Below are positions 10,079 to 21,148 of a stretch of DNA of 64,000 bases, one piece after another. Within the stretch, counting starts at the first letter, position 1; every line of letters starts with the position of its first letter. The DNA comes from Prasinococcaceae sp. CCMP 1430 (Eukaryota; Plantae; Prasinodermophyta), in contig RQSC01000025.1 of assembly GCA_013416795.1 (NCBI GenBank), positions 62,001 through 126,000 on the forward strand. Reading direction: 5' to 3'. The notes below the pieces were generated by a model, which was given only the letters and a program-made list of their open reading frames with translations, had not been told where the DNA came from and searched no databases. The translations under genes were made by a program, and so were the position numbers.

Positions 10079-10513
10079 CTAGAGCTAGTGGACTACAGAA
10101 CGCTATGTAAAAGTACATATACCTACTACATTTAGGACTACGTACACTGAACGTAGGACTCCATCGACCGGCTATCGGCTCTTGGCAACATTAGACCCTC
10201 ATTCTCCCAGAACCTCAAAAATGCGTTTGGCCGTGTCATCACGTTGGGGTTCCGCGCTGCACGCCCTCACCGTAACCGCTGGGTGCGCGCTGCGCCGCGC
10301 TGCGCGCGTGGACCAACGGCCTCCGCCGCATGGGGGCCGCAGTGAGGGCTCGCGCGCATGTGGTCGGGCGAGGCGAGGCGCGAGTGGGAGGGAGACGTCG
10401 ACGGGTGTCAGTGCGCGTGCAGGGAGCGCGGCGCAGGCGGGGTGTGGGGTGGGGTGGGGTGGGGGGTGGGGGGGGTGACTGGGAGGGGGTCGCGGGCGAC
10501 GCGGGGCTCGAAG

Positions 10514-12082
10514 ATGGCTGGCTTCCCCGCAAAGCTCGCCGCCCTTGGCGCCCTCGCGACGGCGCTCTACCTCGCGACGCCACCCGACGGCTTCGCCGGC
10601 GGGCCGCACAGGCTACCGCATGAGGTGCGCGCGGTGCGCTCGTCGCGCGTGGCGCTGCCGGATGTGTCCGGTGCGGGCGTCAAGATTGTCCCGGCGACAG
10701 TGTTCATCGGGGACGATGGCACCATTGAGAAGATCGTGGGCGAAAACGATCCGGACTCTGGGCCCGGCGCCGGCGTGTACAGCTTCGGCGACGCGCTCAT
10801 TGCTCCGGGGGTAGTTGACGCCCACACGCACCTGAACGAGCCCGGGCGCGAAGAGTGGGAGGGCTTCGAAACGGGCACGTCTGCCGCTGCTGCCGGGGGC
10901 ATCACCACAGTGGTGGACATGCCGCTCAACAGTAGCCCGGTCGTCACCACGGCCGAGGCGCTCCGCGGCAAGCAGGCGGCCTCCACCGGAAAGTTGGCTG
11001 TCGACGTCGCGTTTTGGGGCGGGATCGTGCCCGAGAACGCCGCCGACGAGGCTGTGCTTGGCGAGCTCCTCGACGCGGGCGTCGTCGGACTGAAGTCGTT
11101 CATGTGTCCGTCTGGGATCGACGAGTTCGGACACACCGGGGCAGCAGACTTCGAGGCCGCCGCGGCAGCGCTCGTCTCGCGGTCCAAGCCGCTCATGGCG
11201 CACGCTGAGAAGGCACTCGAGGGCGAGGCCGCTGCTGAGGCCAAGGCCGCAGCTGCCGCGCACGCACCGACCAGCCACGCCTCGTGGGCGCTGACCCGCC
11301 CAGGTACGATGGAGGGCGCTGCGGTCGACGAGCTCATCGCTGTGGCCAAGAAGCTCGGCAGCGGTGGCGCGCCGCGAATTCACGTCGCGCACGTCGCCGA
11401 CGTCGCCGCGGCCGCCGCCATCGCCGCCGCCCAGGCTGAGGGGGTGGACATCACCGGCGAGACTTGCCCGCACTATCTCACCTTTGCGGCGGAGGAGGTG
11501 CCGGAGGGCGCGACGCAATACAAGTGCGCGCCACCCATCAGGCCAAGCGAGACGCGCTCCGCACTCGCTCAGACTTTGCGCGGAGGCGGGGCGCTCGCGA
11601 TGGTGTCATCGGATCACTCTCCCGCCCCCGCCAACGTCAAGGCCTTCCCAGGCGAGCCGGGCGTCGACGGTGACTTTACGAAGGCCTGGGGTGGCATCGC
11701 TGGTCTGCAGATGCTCCTGCCCGCGACGTGGACAGCCGTGAAGCGCGTCGGGATGGAGGTCTCCGATGCCGTACGGCTGCTCTCCGTTGCGCCCGCACAG
11801 GTTGCAGGGCTAGGGGCGAGGAAGGGCTCTATCGCGGTCGGGAAGGACGCAGACTTCGTTGTGTGGGATCCGGAGGGCAAGTCGGTGCTCTGCGATGGGT
11901 CCAGCGAGCCAGCTCCGGGCGGGTGCACCCAGCGCAATCGCCACAAGCACAAGCTGTCGCCCTACAACAACCTTGTGCTCGACGGCGCTGTCATCGCCAC
12001 CATCGTCCGTGGCAACGTCGTGTACGACGGGCGCAACGACGCTGTCAGCCAAAGCCGTAGCGGTCGGCCCGTGCTGGTCTAA
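10514..12082 (+). CDS. ALN: Allantoinase (amidohydrolase) with N-terminal hydrophobic anchor
   Basis: PGVVDAHTHLNEPGREEWEGFETGTSAAAAGGITTVVDMPLNS, GLKSFM, HVAHV, ETCPHYL, YKCAPPIR, SSDHSP, AWGGIAGLQ and HKLSPY motifs. Confidence 0.9.
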   Translation: MAGFPAKLAALGALATALYLATPPDGFAGGPHRLPHEVRAVRSSRVALPDVSGAGVKIVPATVFIGDDGTIEKIVGENDPDSGPGAGVYSFGDALIAPGVVDAHTHLNEPGREEWEGFETGTSAAAAGGITTVVDMPLNSSPVVTTAEALRGKQAASTGKLAVDVAFWGGIVPENAADEAVLGELLDAGVVGLKSFMCPSGIDEFGHTGAADFEAAAAALVSRSKPLMAHAEKALEGEAAAEAKAAAAAHAPTSHASWALTRPGTMEGAAVDELIAVAKKLGSGGAPRIHVAHVADVAAAAAIAAAQAEGVDITGETCPHYLTFAAEEVPEGATQYKCAPPIRPSETRSALAQTLRGGGALAMVSSDHSPAPANVKAFPGEPGVDGDFTKAWGGIAGLQMLLPATWTAVKRVGMEVSDAVRLLSVAPAQVAGLGARKGSIAVGKDADFVVWDPEGKSVLCDGSSEPAPGGCTQRNRHKHKLSPYNNLVLDGAVIATIVRGNVVYDGRNDAVSQSRSGRPVLV

Positions 12083-12194
12083 CGACGTCGCCAGCTCGCG
12101 GGCTGATGTCGACAAGGCCGACCGTACATACATGACCGCGAGAAATTACACGCGCGCGGTGCGCGGGGTAAAATGGACACTAACAAGGGCGATG

Positions 12195-13700
12195 TCACCT
12201 GCGCAGCTCGTCGTGGGTGCCGCCACGCTTTGCAGCGGTGATGGCGCGCTCAATGCGCTCAAGTGCCGCGCCTGCGGCATTGGCAGCCGATTCGGTGCAC
12301 GCCGCGGGCGTCACCCACTCGGCGGTGTACGCGCATCTCTCGGGCTCGGCGAACGCACGCACGCCGCTCTCCACACCGCACACCAAGGCGACCTCGGCGG
12401 AGCGCGCTAGCCCACCAGGGCACATGTCCCCGCCCTCGAAGAGCATTGCCGAGCCGTGCTCCCCAGGTGCCACACCCTCCGGTGCGCTCCATCCCGCGAA
12501 GCTGCCGAGCCGCGTCGATGACAGACCAGCCTTCTGCTTGGCCTCCCCGAAGGGGCACACCTCGTACGTGTATTGGCTGTCCTCGCCCGTGAAGCACTCG
12601 CCGTCTAACGGCAGATACTCCGCCGCGGGGCCGTACGTGCCGTCCTTCAGCTTCGTCTCCAGCGCAGCGGCATCCTCTGCTGTCTTGCGCGCGTCTGCGA
12701 GCTCCCTCTCGGCGGCCTGTGCATTCTCACGCGCCTCGATCAGCTCAGGTGGCGCGCTGTCGTCGCGCGGCAGGTAGTCGTCGAAAGTTTTCATGCCGAG
12801 ATAGTCTCTGTACTCTCCATGGTAGTGATCCCCGTAGGGCATCTCACCGCTGTACGCGTCATCGAAGGTGTCGTAAGTCGGCGGTCCTGCACTCGCGCCC
12901 TCGACGTTGTCCTCGCCCTGCCACCGTGCTGCGACGAGCCGGCCGCGCTCCTCGGCACTTAGCTCGGCCTCCTCGGCTTCGCCCTCGCCGGAACCCACCT
13001 CGGTGTCCTCTCCACCGCCCTCTTGCAGATGCACATCATCCGCCTCCTCGTCGCTGTCGCTGTGCCTATTGGGCGCCCCCTCGCCGCCGAAGTCGTACTC
13101 ATCAGCTCGGTGCTCCGTCGCACCTTCGGACTCGTCCAGCCTGTTCGCCTCCTCGAGCGCATCCCTCGCGGCGCACGCTTCGGCCGCTCGTGCCTCCGCT
13201 TCAGCAATCTTTCCAGCGCTGCCAAGCGCATCTGCCCGCCTCTTCGCGATGGCGTCTGCTCCCTCACGCACCAGGCGCTCGCGAATCAGCATGCCCTCTC
13301 TCGCCGTTCGCGCCTCAGCTCGCGCCGCATCGCGCAGCCTGGCCCCCTCCGCAGCGCATGTGTCCGGGCAGCCCGCCGTGCTCGCACGCTCGTCGCTCCC
13401 GTCGCAGCAGTCGCAGATGCCATCGCCGACGCGGCTCGCGGGCAGGACCAGGGGCAAACTCCCCCTGTTGTCGCAGCTGAAGCGCCCCGAGGCGCACGCC
13501 GCCGTGTGCGGCTCGTCCGAGCCATCCACGCAGTCGCAGAAATCGTCGTCGATCGCCGCTGGCGGCACGGCGACAGCGCCCCCGTCGCAGTGGCGCGCTG
13601 CGCCGCCGCCAGCGGCACCGCCGGCGCCTGCGGCAACCGCCGCCGCGAGCGCGGCGATCGACGCCACCGCTGCCGCTCTCACCTTGCGCCCCGCGCGCAT
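12195..13700 (-). CDS. Glucosidase II beta subunit (PRKCSH-like)
   Basis: Signal peptide, DDDFCDCVDGSDEPHTAAC and RVGDGICDCCDGSDE LDL-like region, acidic linker, MRH domain (YTYEVCPFGEAKQ...GGDMCPGG...EPERCAY) and HDEL near the C-terminus. Confidence 0.9.
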   Translation of the reverse strand: MRAGRKVRAAAVASIAALAAAVAAGAGGAAGGGAARHCDGGAVAVPPAAIDDDFCDCVDGSDEPHTAACASGRFSCDNRGSLPLVLPASRVGDGICDCCDGSDERASTAGCPDTCAAEGARLRDAARAEARTAREGMLIRERLVREGADAIAKRRADALGSAGKIAEAEARAAEACAARDALEEANRLDESEGATEHRADEYDFGGEGAPNRHSDSDEEADDVHLQEGGGEDTEVGSGEGEAEEAELSAEERGRLVAARWQGEDNVEGASAGPPTYDTFDDAYSGEMPYGDHYHGEYRDYLGMKTFDDYLPRDDSAPPELIEARENAQAAERELADARKTAEDAAALETKLKDGTYGPAAEYLPLDGECFTGEDSQYTYEVCPFGEAKQKAGLSSTRLGSFAGWSAPEGVAPGEHGSAMLFEGGDMCPGGLARSAEVALVCGVESGVRAFAEPERCAYTAEWVTPAACTESAANAAGAALERIERAITAAKRGGTHDELRR

Positions 13701-14439
13701 CGCGCTCCCAATGTCCCTGCCCCAGCCCTGGCCGCCGTGCGCGCGCGCGCGCGCGCCCTCGCTGTGTATGGCTCCGCGCAGCAGAGCGTCGCTGATCACG
13801 GCATTTGAGAGGTCAACACCCTGAGCCCTCAGCCCGCGTCTGGAACCCGGATGAATCCGTCAGGCGACGAAGATAAACCAGATGTCTGTCACAAAAACAG
13901 GGAAAAGCTGTTGGGTCTGTCTTCTCGCACCCGGGTCACAGCAGGTGCTTCTCACCTCGCTGATTTCGATGACGGGGAAGGTACCGGTTGGGGCCGCGCT
14001 GCCACGCCTGGGGTGAGGCAGGTGGGCCGAGGCGCGCCACACCGGGCGCGCTGGGGTGCGCCTCTGGCGACGGGAGGTCGAGGCCAGGCGCTGCGAGTGG
14101 GGCAGGGACCGCCGCGGGCCAGCTGCCCCCTCGCCTCTCGCAAGGGCGCCGCGCGCGCCGCGCGGCGGGGGAACTGCTCGCCATCAAAACGAATGCGTAT
14201 TGACCGTTGCCGTCGATTCGTCACACCGCGTCGTGTTTCGCCTACCCACGGGAGCTCTCCAATGAGGGGTCGCTGCACTCGACATTGCGACCGATTTGAT
14301 CTGGCCGAGGGTGTTGTGAACGCGCGCGCGCGAAACCAGACAGCGGCGGCGCGGCGTGCCAGTGCCTCCCTCGCGGTGTCGACGACGCTCAGGCTCGCGG
14401 CGATCACGGTCGTCCTCCTGCGCGCAGCCCTGAGAGGCG

Positions 14440-15546
14440 ATGATGCGCGCGGCGCGATCAAGGGGGGGCGCGGCGAGCGGCGCGCGCCTCCTCGGCGTCC
14501 TCGCGGCATCCGTCGCGGCGCTCGCCGCCGCCGCCGCCGCGACGCCTGCGAGCACAACTGCGGCTGCACAGGCTACGGGCGTGCGCCTTGCCGAGCTCAA
14601 CGCTGCGCTTGCAGCGAAGGCAGACGCGGACGTTGGACGCGCGCCCCTCATCGCTGCACCCGCGATCGATCCCGCCGCGCGCGCTGAGCGCGCCGTGGCG
14701 TGCCTGCGCAACAAGGCGCAGGGCCTCGGCTTCGACGCGCACTTGACCGACGTCGTCGCGCGGTTGGACGCGACCGCCGGCGGCCACGCGGGCCGCATGC
14801 GGTCGTTTCTGTATGTGGACGTCGTCAAGGCGGCGAGCTCGTCCATCCGCAAGGTGCTCGCCAGACCGCCCTTCAAGGTCAGCTGGAAGGACGAGGGTCC
14901 AAAGAGGGTTGATGGCGTTGCCGAGTCGTGCGCGACGGGCAAAAGGACAAAGACGTCGTGCTGGACGGCAGCGCAGCTGGAGGAGCGCTTCGCGAGCGTG
15001 TGGTCGGTCGTGCGCGAGCCGTCAGCCAAGTTCGAGAGCGGCGTGCGGCAGATGTGGGCGCAGCAAGGGCACACCATGCTGTCACTGCCCACGGCGGACG
15101 CGGCGCTCGACGCCTTGCTCGACGCCTTCGAGAATAGAGATGGCAAGGACAACAGGTGTTGGGGCAACGAGCACCTCCAGACGGCCGGGTGGCGGCTGAG
15201 CGGCTGCACGGGTGAGGCAGATGGCGGTGTTGGCGGCGGCGGGTGCGATCCGATCTACAACCACCTGACCATGCTTGGGACCGCCGAGACGCTAGACGCC
15301 GACTGGTTCAAGCTCGTGGGCGCTGCGATGCCCTTTGGACAGCGTCCACCGTCGCTGCCGCACGCAAACGCGAGGGCGACGGGTCAAAGTGCCCCCCCGA
15401 AGTGGAACGAGCGCGGCGAGCGTCTCGTATCGACGTTGAGCGCGGCCGGTGTGCGCCGCCTGTGCGCATCGCCGCTGTTCCAGCTTGACTACGAGTGCTT
15501 CGGGTACCCTCTGCCGCCGGAGTGCGTGAACTCTACTCGCTCATAA
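14440..15546 (+). CDS. Carbohydrate sulfotransferase-like protein (Sulfotransfer_2 family)
   Basis: N-terminal hydrophobic anchor; 5'-PSB-like FLYVDVVKAASSSIR, 3'-PB-like SVVREPSAKFESG, LGTAETLDADW and C-terminal DYECFGY. Confidence 0.65.
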   Translation: MMRAARSRGGAASGARLLGVLAASVAALAAAAAATPASTTAAAQATGVRLAELNAALAAKADADVGRAPLIAAPAIDPAARAERAVACLRNKAQGLGFDAHLTDVVARLDATAGGHAGRMRSFLYVDVVKAASSSIRKVLARPPFKVSWKDEGPKRVDGVAESCATGKRTKTSCWTAAQLEERFASVWSVVREPSAKFESGVRQMWAQQGHTMLSLPTADAALDALLDAFENRDGKDNRCWGNEHLQTAGWRLSGCTGEADGGVGGGGCDPIYNHLTMLGTAETLDADWFKLVGAAMPFGQRPPSLPHANARATGQSAPPKWNERGERLVSTLSAAGVRRLCASPLFQLDYECFGYPLPPECVNSTRS

Positions 15547-15688
15547 ATTTGGTAGTCTGGACTAGTCTACTGGACGGTGTGTGTATGATACACACCGTAT
15601 GTACAAATATCAAAGTAACATGTGGCGTCAATGCACGCATTTTCTGATTGCGGGCGTCCCTGCGCCCTGCTGCCGCACAAGATGGCAC

Positions 15689-17173
15689 TCAGCAGCCCGC
15701 ATCCCCGCCGCCGCTCGCTGCCCCCGGCGGGCTCCGCCCGCCGTCGCGCTCGTCGTCATACATGGCTTCATCATCACTTTCGTGGTAAGTGTCGCCGCTC
15801 TCATCATCGCCATCTTGCGGCGCGGGCCCCGTCATCGGCAAGAGTTCGTCCATTTGCATCTCTGCGTGCGCGCGCGAGGCGTGGGTGGGGAAGCGCGGGC
15901 GTGTGAGCGGCCGAGGCGAGCACGCGCAGGTCTGCCCAAGGGGAAGGCGTCGCACACGACAAAATACCGCCGCGGCGCTCACGCACCCAGCATCCATTGC
16001 AGGGTCTCGGGCAAAACCTCGCGGTTGGCCGCCAGCATCGCGTGCACAAGTGTGCGTCTTTCGTCCACGCGCCGCATGCGATGCTCTGGCGTGTGGTGCT
16101 GGCCGAAGCGCCCAGGCACAGAGTGCAGGCCTGCTCGGTGGCAAGTGCCGCACAGGTCAAAGCCCACGCGCTCCGGGCAGTCCATGCAGCGGTAGCGGGC
16201 GCCAACAATGGGGTAGCTCCCGCATGCATCGCAGCCGACGTTGAAGTGAATGTACGTTTCCACATCACGGCCGCCGCCGCCGCCCACGCCCGCCGACTCA
16301 AGCCCTCCATCTGTGGCGGCGCCCTCCGCTGCAGCCTCCGCGCCCGCAATGGCCGGCGTCCCTACTACCCGCCCGGCAGCGCCTCCGACCCCGCCGTCGC
16401 ACGCGCATGCCTCGGCCTCGGCCTCGCGCTCCCGCTGGGCGTAGTCGAGCGGCCGGACCGCCTTAACGAGGTCGTCGAGCTTCTTGCACACAACGAAGCG
16501 CGCGCTCTCGCCCAGCACAGGAATGCCGCATGCTGGGCACGCCGCGGGCGCCTCGGCGACGCCTGCGGCAGCGCGTGGCACACATGTGATGCACACCGAA
16601 TGCCCGCACGTGAGCACAGTCGCGCCGCGCAGGCAGCGGGCGCACGCAACGCAGTCGAGCGCCTTGTCGACGTCCGTCGGCTCGACGCGTGCGCTGCTCC
16701 CGCCGTCCCCCTCGTACTCCGCAGCCATGTCGTCTCGCCTTCGCGCGGCCTCCTCAGGGAATGCCGCCAGTAGGTGCGCATGTAGCGCCGCGCACGGTCC
16801 CGGCAGCGCCGCGCGCGGGTGGCGACAGAGCGGGCACGGCGAAGTTGGCCCAAGCGAGTTCATGCCTAGCCGTCGACGGCGACCGATCGTCAGCGCCTCA
16901 CATGGCGCACGCAGCGCACTCAGCGCAGACACACGCACACGCACGCACACGCACCAATGCACGCGCGCACGCGCACGCGCACGCACTGTGGTGGTGGCAC
17001 CAGAAGCACGACACGTGTCCGCACTCGGACACCGTAGGCTTGTCCACGAGCTCCATGCACACCGGGCATTGCCACTCATCCCACGCCGCCGCCCAGCCGC
17101 CGCCGCCGCCTCCGCCGCAGCCATCGCCCCCACCCGCGGCCGCCACCGCGCTCAGCGCCGGCGCCCGTGACAT
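15689..17173 (-). CDS. PRT1: PRT1-like E3 ubiquitin ligase (RING-RING-ZZ); 3 exons
   Basis: Introns 16986-16866 and 15986-15862 (GT-AG). RING1 is CPVCMELVDKP...CGHVSCFWC...CPLCR, RING2 is CVAC...CGHSVCITC...CPAC, and the ZZ domain is HFNVGCDACGSYPIVGARYRCMDC...FDLC...PGRFGQHHTPEH. This architecture matches plant PRT1. Confidence 0.8.
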
Positions 17174-17734
17174 CGCCGCCGCCCAGGAGGAGCCTCGCAC
17201 CGCCCAATCCTCAGCGGCGCGCACCGCACGCGAGTCGCCCCCTTCCCCACCCCCAGCGGGCGCGCGCCCCACCACCGCTGCGCCGCCGTCGCTCGGCCCG
17301 CGCGCTTTCCGAAATCATAGCTCCGTAAAACGCTCAATTGTCCGGCGGCACACGACCGCGGCGCGGAACCGCGGATACCGCGCGCCGGAATGGCAACCGG
17401 CGGGGAAAAAGGCGCGGGGCAGTTACGAAGCCGAGTGGATTGGGTTGGGGTTGCACAGGATTTAGGATATGTCAATGAAATAGGGTTCATAGACAATAAT
17501 AATTTAGGGGCGCGTTCCGCATTTTTGGAATGTTGAAAAGCACTCTTTTGAAAGCGACGGTAAATGGTTCGCGTGGGGCTTTGGCCGTAATTGTGAGACG
17601 TGACCAAATGCATGCAGTGGCGGGGCGGAGTGCGGGGCCACACTGCGAGCGACGCGCCCGCGCAGCGCCCGCCCCCAACCCCAAACCACCACCCCCGCGA
17701 GCGCGCGTCCGCTGCAGGGCAGGGATCGCCAGCC

Positions 17735-18625
17735 ATGTCCGCGATCGCGATGGCCGCGCTCCCCCTCCTCCCCTCGCGCGCGCGCGCGCGCGCGCCCGCG
17801 CGCGCGACGCGCGCGCTCGCGGGGCGCGCGCGCCGCCAGGCGGCGCGCTGCGGCTGGGGCGACGACGTGGCCTTCGAGGCAGCGGAGGTGACGGCGGTGG
17901 AGGCCGTCTGCGGCGGATCTCTCAGCCTGCTGCGCGTGGGCGTTGGAGCGGACGCCGCCGCGGCGTACACCGCCCCCGGCCAGTACTGCCAGGTGAAGGT
18001 CGCCGGCGCCGATGACGCGGCCTTCCTGGCCATCGCATCGCCGCCGGATGGCGGCGAGAGCGGCGAGCTCGAGTTCCTCATCAAGCCCGTGGAGGGCAAG
18101 CCCGCAGGCGCGCTGTGCGGCCTCGCGGCAGGCGACGGTGTGGAGATCACTGCGCCCATGGGCAAGGGCTTCGCGCTCGCCGACAAGCTCGGCGACGACC
18201 CCAAGGAGGTGGGCGTGTTGCTCCTGCTTTCCACGGGCACCGGGCTGGCGCCCGTGCGCGCGCTCGCGCTCGCCGATGCCTCGCGTGGCGGCCTCAAGGG
18301 CAGCGGCTTTGCCGACGTGCGCCTGATCCACGGCGCGCGCACGGCCCTCGACATTCCCTTCGCGGACGACCTGGAAATGCTGCACCAGGCGGGCCTGGAG
18401 GTGACGTCCACGCTCTCTGCGGAGGGCGCCTGCGAGGACTTCCCCTACGAGTGGGGATGCACGGACGGCTACGTGCAGGACGTGCTCGACGAGGCGCGCG
18501 AGGATCTGGGCCTCGACGCGAGCTGCGCGGCGGTGGTCATCGGCCAGAAAGAGATGTTCGAGGGGGTTGCCGACGTGCTGGCCAAGAGCGGCATCGACAA
18601 GGCCAGGCTCTGCGCAAACTTCTGA
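17735..18625 (+). CDS. FAD/NAD(P)-binding ferredoxin-reductase-like oxidoreductase with probable plastid transit peptide
   Basis: Ala/Arg-rich N-terminus; YTAPGQYCQV, FLAIASPP, EFLIK, MGKGF, STGTGLAPVRA and C-terminal GQKEM...LCANF, all of FNR-like type. Confidence 0.8.
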   Translation: MSAIAMAALPLLPSRARARAPARATRALAGRARRQAARCGWGDDVAFEAAEVTAVEAVCGGSLSLLRVGVGADAAAAYTAPGQYCQVKVAGADDAAFLAIASPPDGGESGELEFLIKPVEGKPAGALCGLAAGDGVEITAPMGKGFALADKLGDDPKEVGVLLLLSTGTGLAPVRALALADASRGGLKGSGFADVRLIHGARTALDIPFADDLEMLHQAGLEVTSTLSAEGACEDFPYEWGCTDGYVQDVLDEAREDLGLDASCAAVVIGQKEMFEGVADVLAKSGIDKARLCANF

Positions 18626-19110
18626 AGGTGCGGTCGCGCGGGCGGACGCGCCGCCCCCCCCTTCCGCACGTGGCGGCGCCCGCGCCCGCGCGGGCGCGGG
18701 CGCGAACGCGCCAACTCTCGCGGTGATTAGAAACACAAGTAATCTGCAGCAGCCCCGCACGCAGCGGAGCGCGTGTGCGCCAGGAGGCAGGTGGCAGGGC
18801 ACTGCGTCATGTGCCGGTCACTGCGCCCCTCAGCCGCCGCCGACTGGCCGCGTGCTATACTACCCGCTGCAGGGATTTCGAAATACTTTCAGACTGTGAC
18901 GAGCTAAAGGCGTGTATGAGCGAGAGACATCCGCGCTCAGCGCGTGAGCGTCGCATGGACGCTGCCACCGAGCTGACGCGACGCGCCGCCACCGCCCCGC
19001 TAGCCACCGCCCCCCTGCTGCGGTGTGTGTACACAGTAATGATATCAACATAACAATTTGCGAGGGGCAAGGCGTGCGCGGCAGCGGCTGCGTTGGCGAC
19101 GCTGCCCCCC

Positions 19111-20403
19111 TCAGCTGGCGTACACCAGGTACTCGTCCAGGCCGGTGAAGCGTCTCGCCAGCGCAGCGCCCTCGGCGGTCGGCTGCGAGAAGGCCAGCGC
19201 CGCGCGCTCGGCGATGACTCCCGCGCGCAGCGCGCCGCGCAGCTCATCGAGCAGCCGGGTGGCCACCCCGCGCCGTCGCGCGGACGCGTGCGTCCACACT
19301 GCGCGCACGCCGACGGCGCACGGCACGGACTCGGCTGAGCAACGCGTGGGTCCCATCGACAGCTCAGCGCCCGCACCGTCACTTCCCTGCTCGCTTGCGC
19401 CCGCGGGCAGCGCCCTGCACGCCTTCGAGAGCCGCTCCGCGAAGACGGCGCCTACCACGCGCTTTGCTCCCGACACGTAGAGCAGCACCGTGCACGGCGT
19501 CTCCTTCAGCCATTCCTTGGTCAGGCCGAGATCCTTCGAGACGATCTCGGCAATCTCGCTCGCCTTGCGCACATGCGCCGCCGCGTCCGTCGGGAGCACA
19601 GCGACCACCCGCGCCTTCGAGGCGGCGCCGGCGCCCCTTTCGAAGCTCGATGGGGCCGCGTACTTCGGCTCGAAGAGCCTGAGCACGCGCTCGGCCTTCC
19701 AACCGGGGAAGCGAGGGCCCAGCATGACGGCATCGTGCATCGCGGCGTGCGCCCGTTCGTCGTCGGGGACGCCCTTCACGTACACGCAGCCGCACGTGGC
19801 GCACGTGATCGCGCCAAAGTTGGCCTGCCCGAGGTCGAGGAACGTCTGCGTCGAGGCTCGCCGAGGGTTGGCGCTCGACTCGGCGCGGCCCGCAGGCGCC
19901 GCAGCAGCGCCCGCGCCCGCTCGCGCGCCCTCGCCGTGTTTGTCGAGCAGGTGCGCTGCGCGCGCGCCGGCTCTCTTCCTCCTGCTGAAGACCTGCGGCG
20001 TGTGCGCCATGGCAGCCTCTCCGCACGCGTCGTCTCCGCCCAGGAAACTGCTGGCCCCACCATCCTGGCTGCTGTAGCGCGCACGCTTGCCACGCGACGT
20101 GTACGTGACAGGCGCGGTCGGCGCGCTCGCCCGCCTGAACAGGCCGTCCTCGCTGTCGTCCGCGCTGCCGTCCTCGCTTCCGCTGCCACCGTCATGTCCG
20201 CCTCCTTCCGCCCCCGCGCTCGGCGGCATCGCTTCCCCCTCCGAGGCCGCATCGTCCGCACTTCTCGCGCGCCACGTAGGTACGATCCCGCCTAGCGTCT
20301 CGGCGAGCTCCGCCGGCGAGTCCCCGCCGCCGCCGCCGCCGCCGCCGTCGGCCCCGCCGCCGGCAGGCGCGAAGAAGCTGCGCATGGTGCGCTGGCGCGC
20401 CAT
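19111..20403 (-). CDS. ECO1: Eco1/ESCO/CTF7 cohesin acetyltransferase
   Basis: N-terminal PIP-like QRTMRSFF, LDLGQ, C2H2 zinc finger (CATCGCVY...HAAMH) and GNAT domain (GVRAVWT...RRRGVATRLLD, AFSQPT...G). Confidence 0.88.
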   Translation of the reverse strand: MARQRTMRSFFAPAGGGADGGGGGGGGDSPAELAETLGGIVPTWRARSADDAASEGEAMPPSAGAEGGGHDGGSGSEDGSADDSEDGLFRRASAPTAPVTYTSRGKRARYSSQDGGASSFLGGDDACGEAAMAHTPQVFSRRKRAGARAAHLLDKHGEGARAGAGAAAAPAGRAESSANPRRASTQTFLDLGQANFGAITCATCGCVYVKGVPDDERAHAAMHDAVMLGPRFPGWKAERVLRLFEPKYAAPSSFERGAGAASKARVVAVLPTDAAAHVRKASEIAEIVSKDLGLTKEWLKETPCTVLLYVSGAKRVVGAVFAERLSKACRALPAGASEQGSDGAGAELSMGPTRCSAESVPCAVGVRAVWTHASARRRGVATRLLDELRGALRAGVIAERAALAFSQPTAEGAALARRFTGLDEYLVYAS

Positions 20404-21148
20404 GTGCTCCGGTCGCGCGCGCAGGCGGTAGTCATTCTCCCCCCCCCCCCCTCTCTGCCCCGCAGCCCCTGCCCCCGCGCCGCCCTGCGCGCGGGGTGTG
20501 GCGCGCGCTCGCGCAGCGCCGCGTTCGCGTCTGCGTTTGAACTTTTGACGGCGCGGCGCGGCGGGCAAAAACCCCAATGACTTTCAGCGCACGGCATCTC
20601 CAAATGATGGCGTCGATGCGCGCGCGGCAACGAAAGTAGGGTTTGCATCCGCGTGATCCCGTATGTTTGCATGAGATCGCCGCGAAAGGTTCGGGTTTCC
20701 GCGTTCGAATGCGAGGTGATGGTGTGATCTCCCGTGGTGACATTTGAAATGAATTTGAATTTTAAATGTCGGTGGCGGCGCGGCGCCACGTGCGTGCGCG
20801 CGCGCGCGTCGTGCGTGTGGTCTGCCCCGCCGCCGGACGAATTACGGATTAATTTCGTGTGTGATAATGAAGTTGTTTTAGTATAAAATGAATATAAATA
20901 ATGGCGATGGAATCTCCGAGAGTCCGCGATTTGGGGGGATGAGCGAGCGCTGATCAGCGCGCGCCACACCCGCGACGCGCCAGGCGGCGCTCCTCGCCCT
21001 CTCCTGCCTGCTGCTGCGCGATCGGCGGCGCGAGGGGGCGGGATGGCGTGCTCTAGGTCGTCGACGGCGATGGCCGCGCCCGCGCGCGGCGCGGCGGCGG
21101 CCACATGCGCGGCGTGCGGCGCGCGCGACGCGGCGGTGCGCGGCGTCG

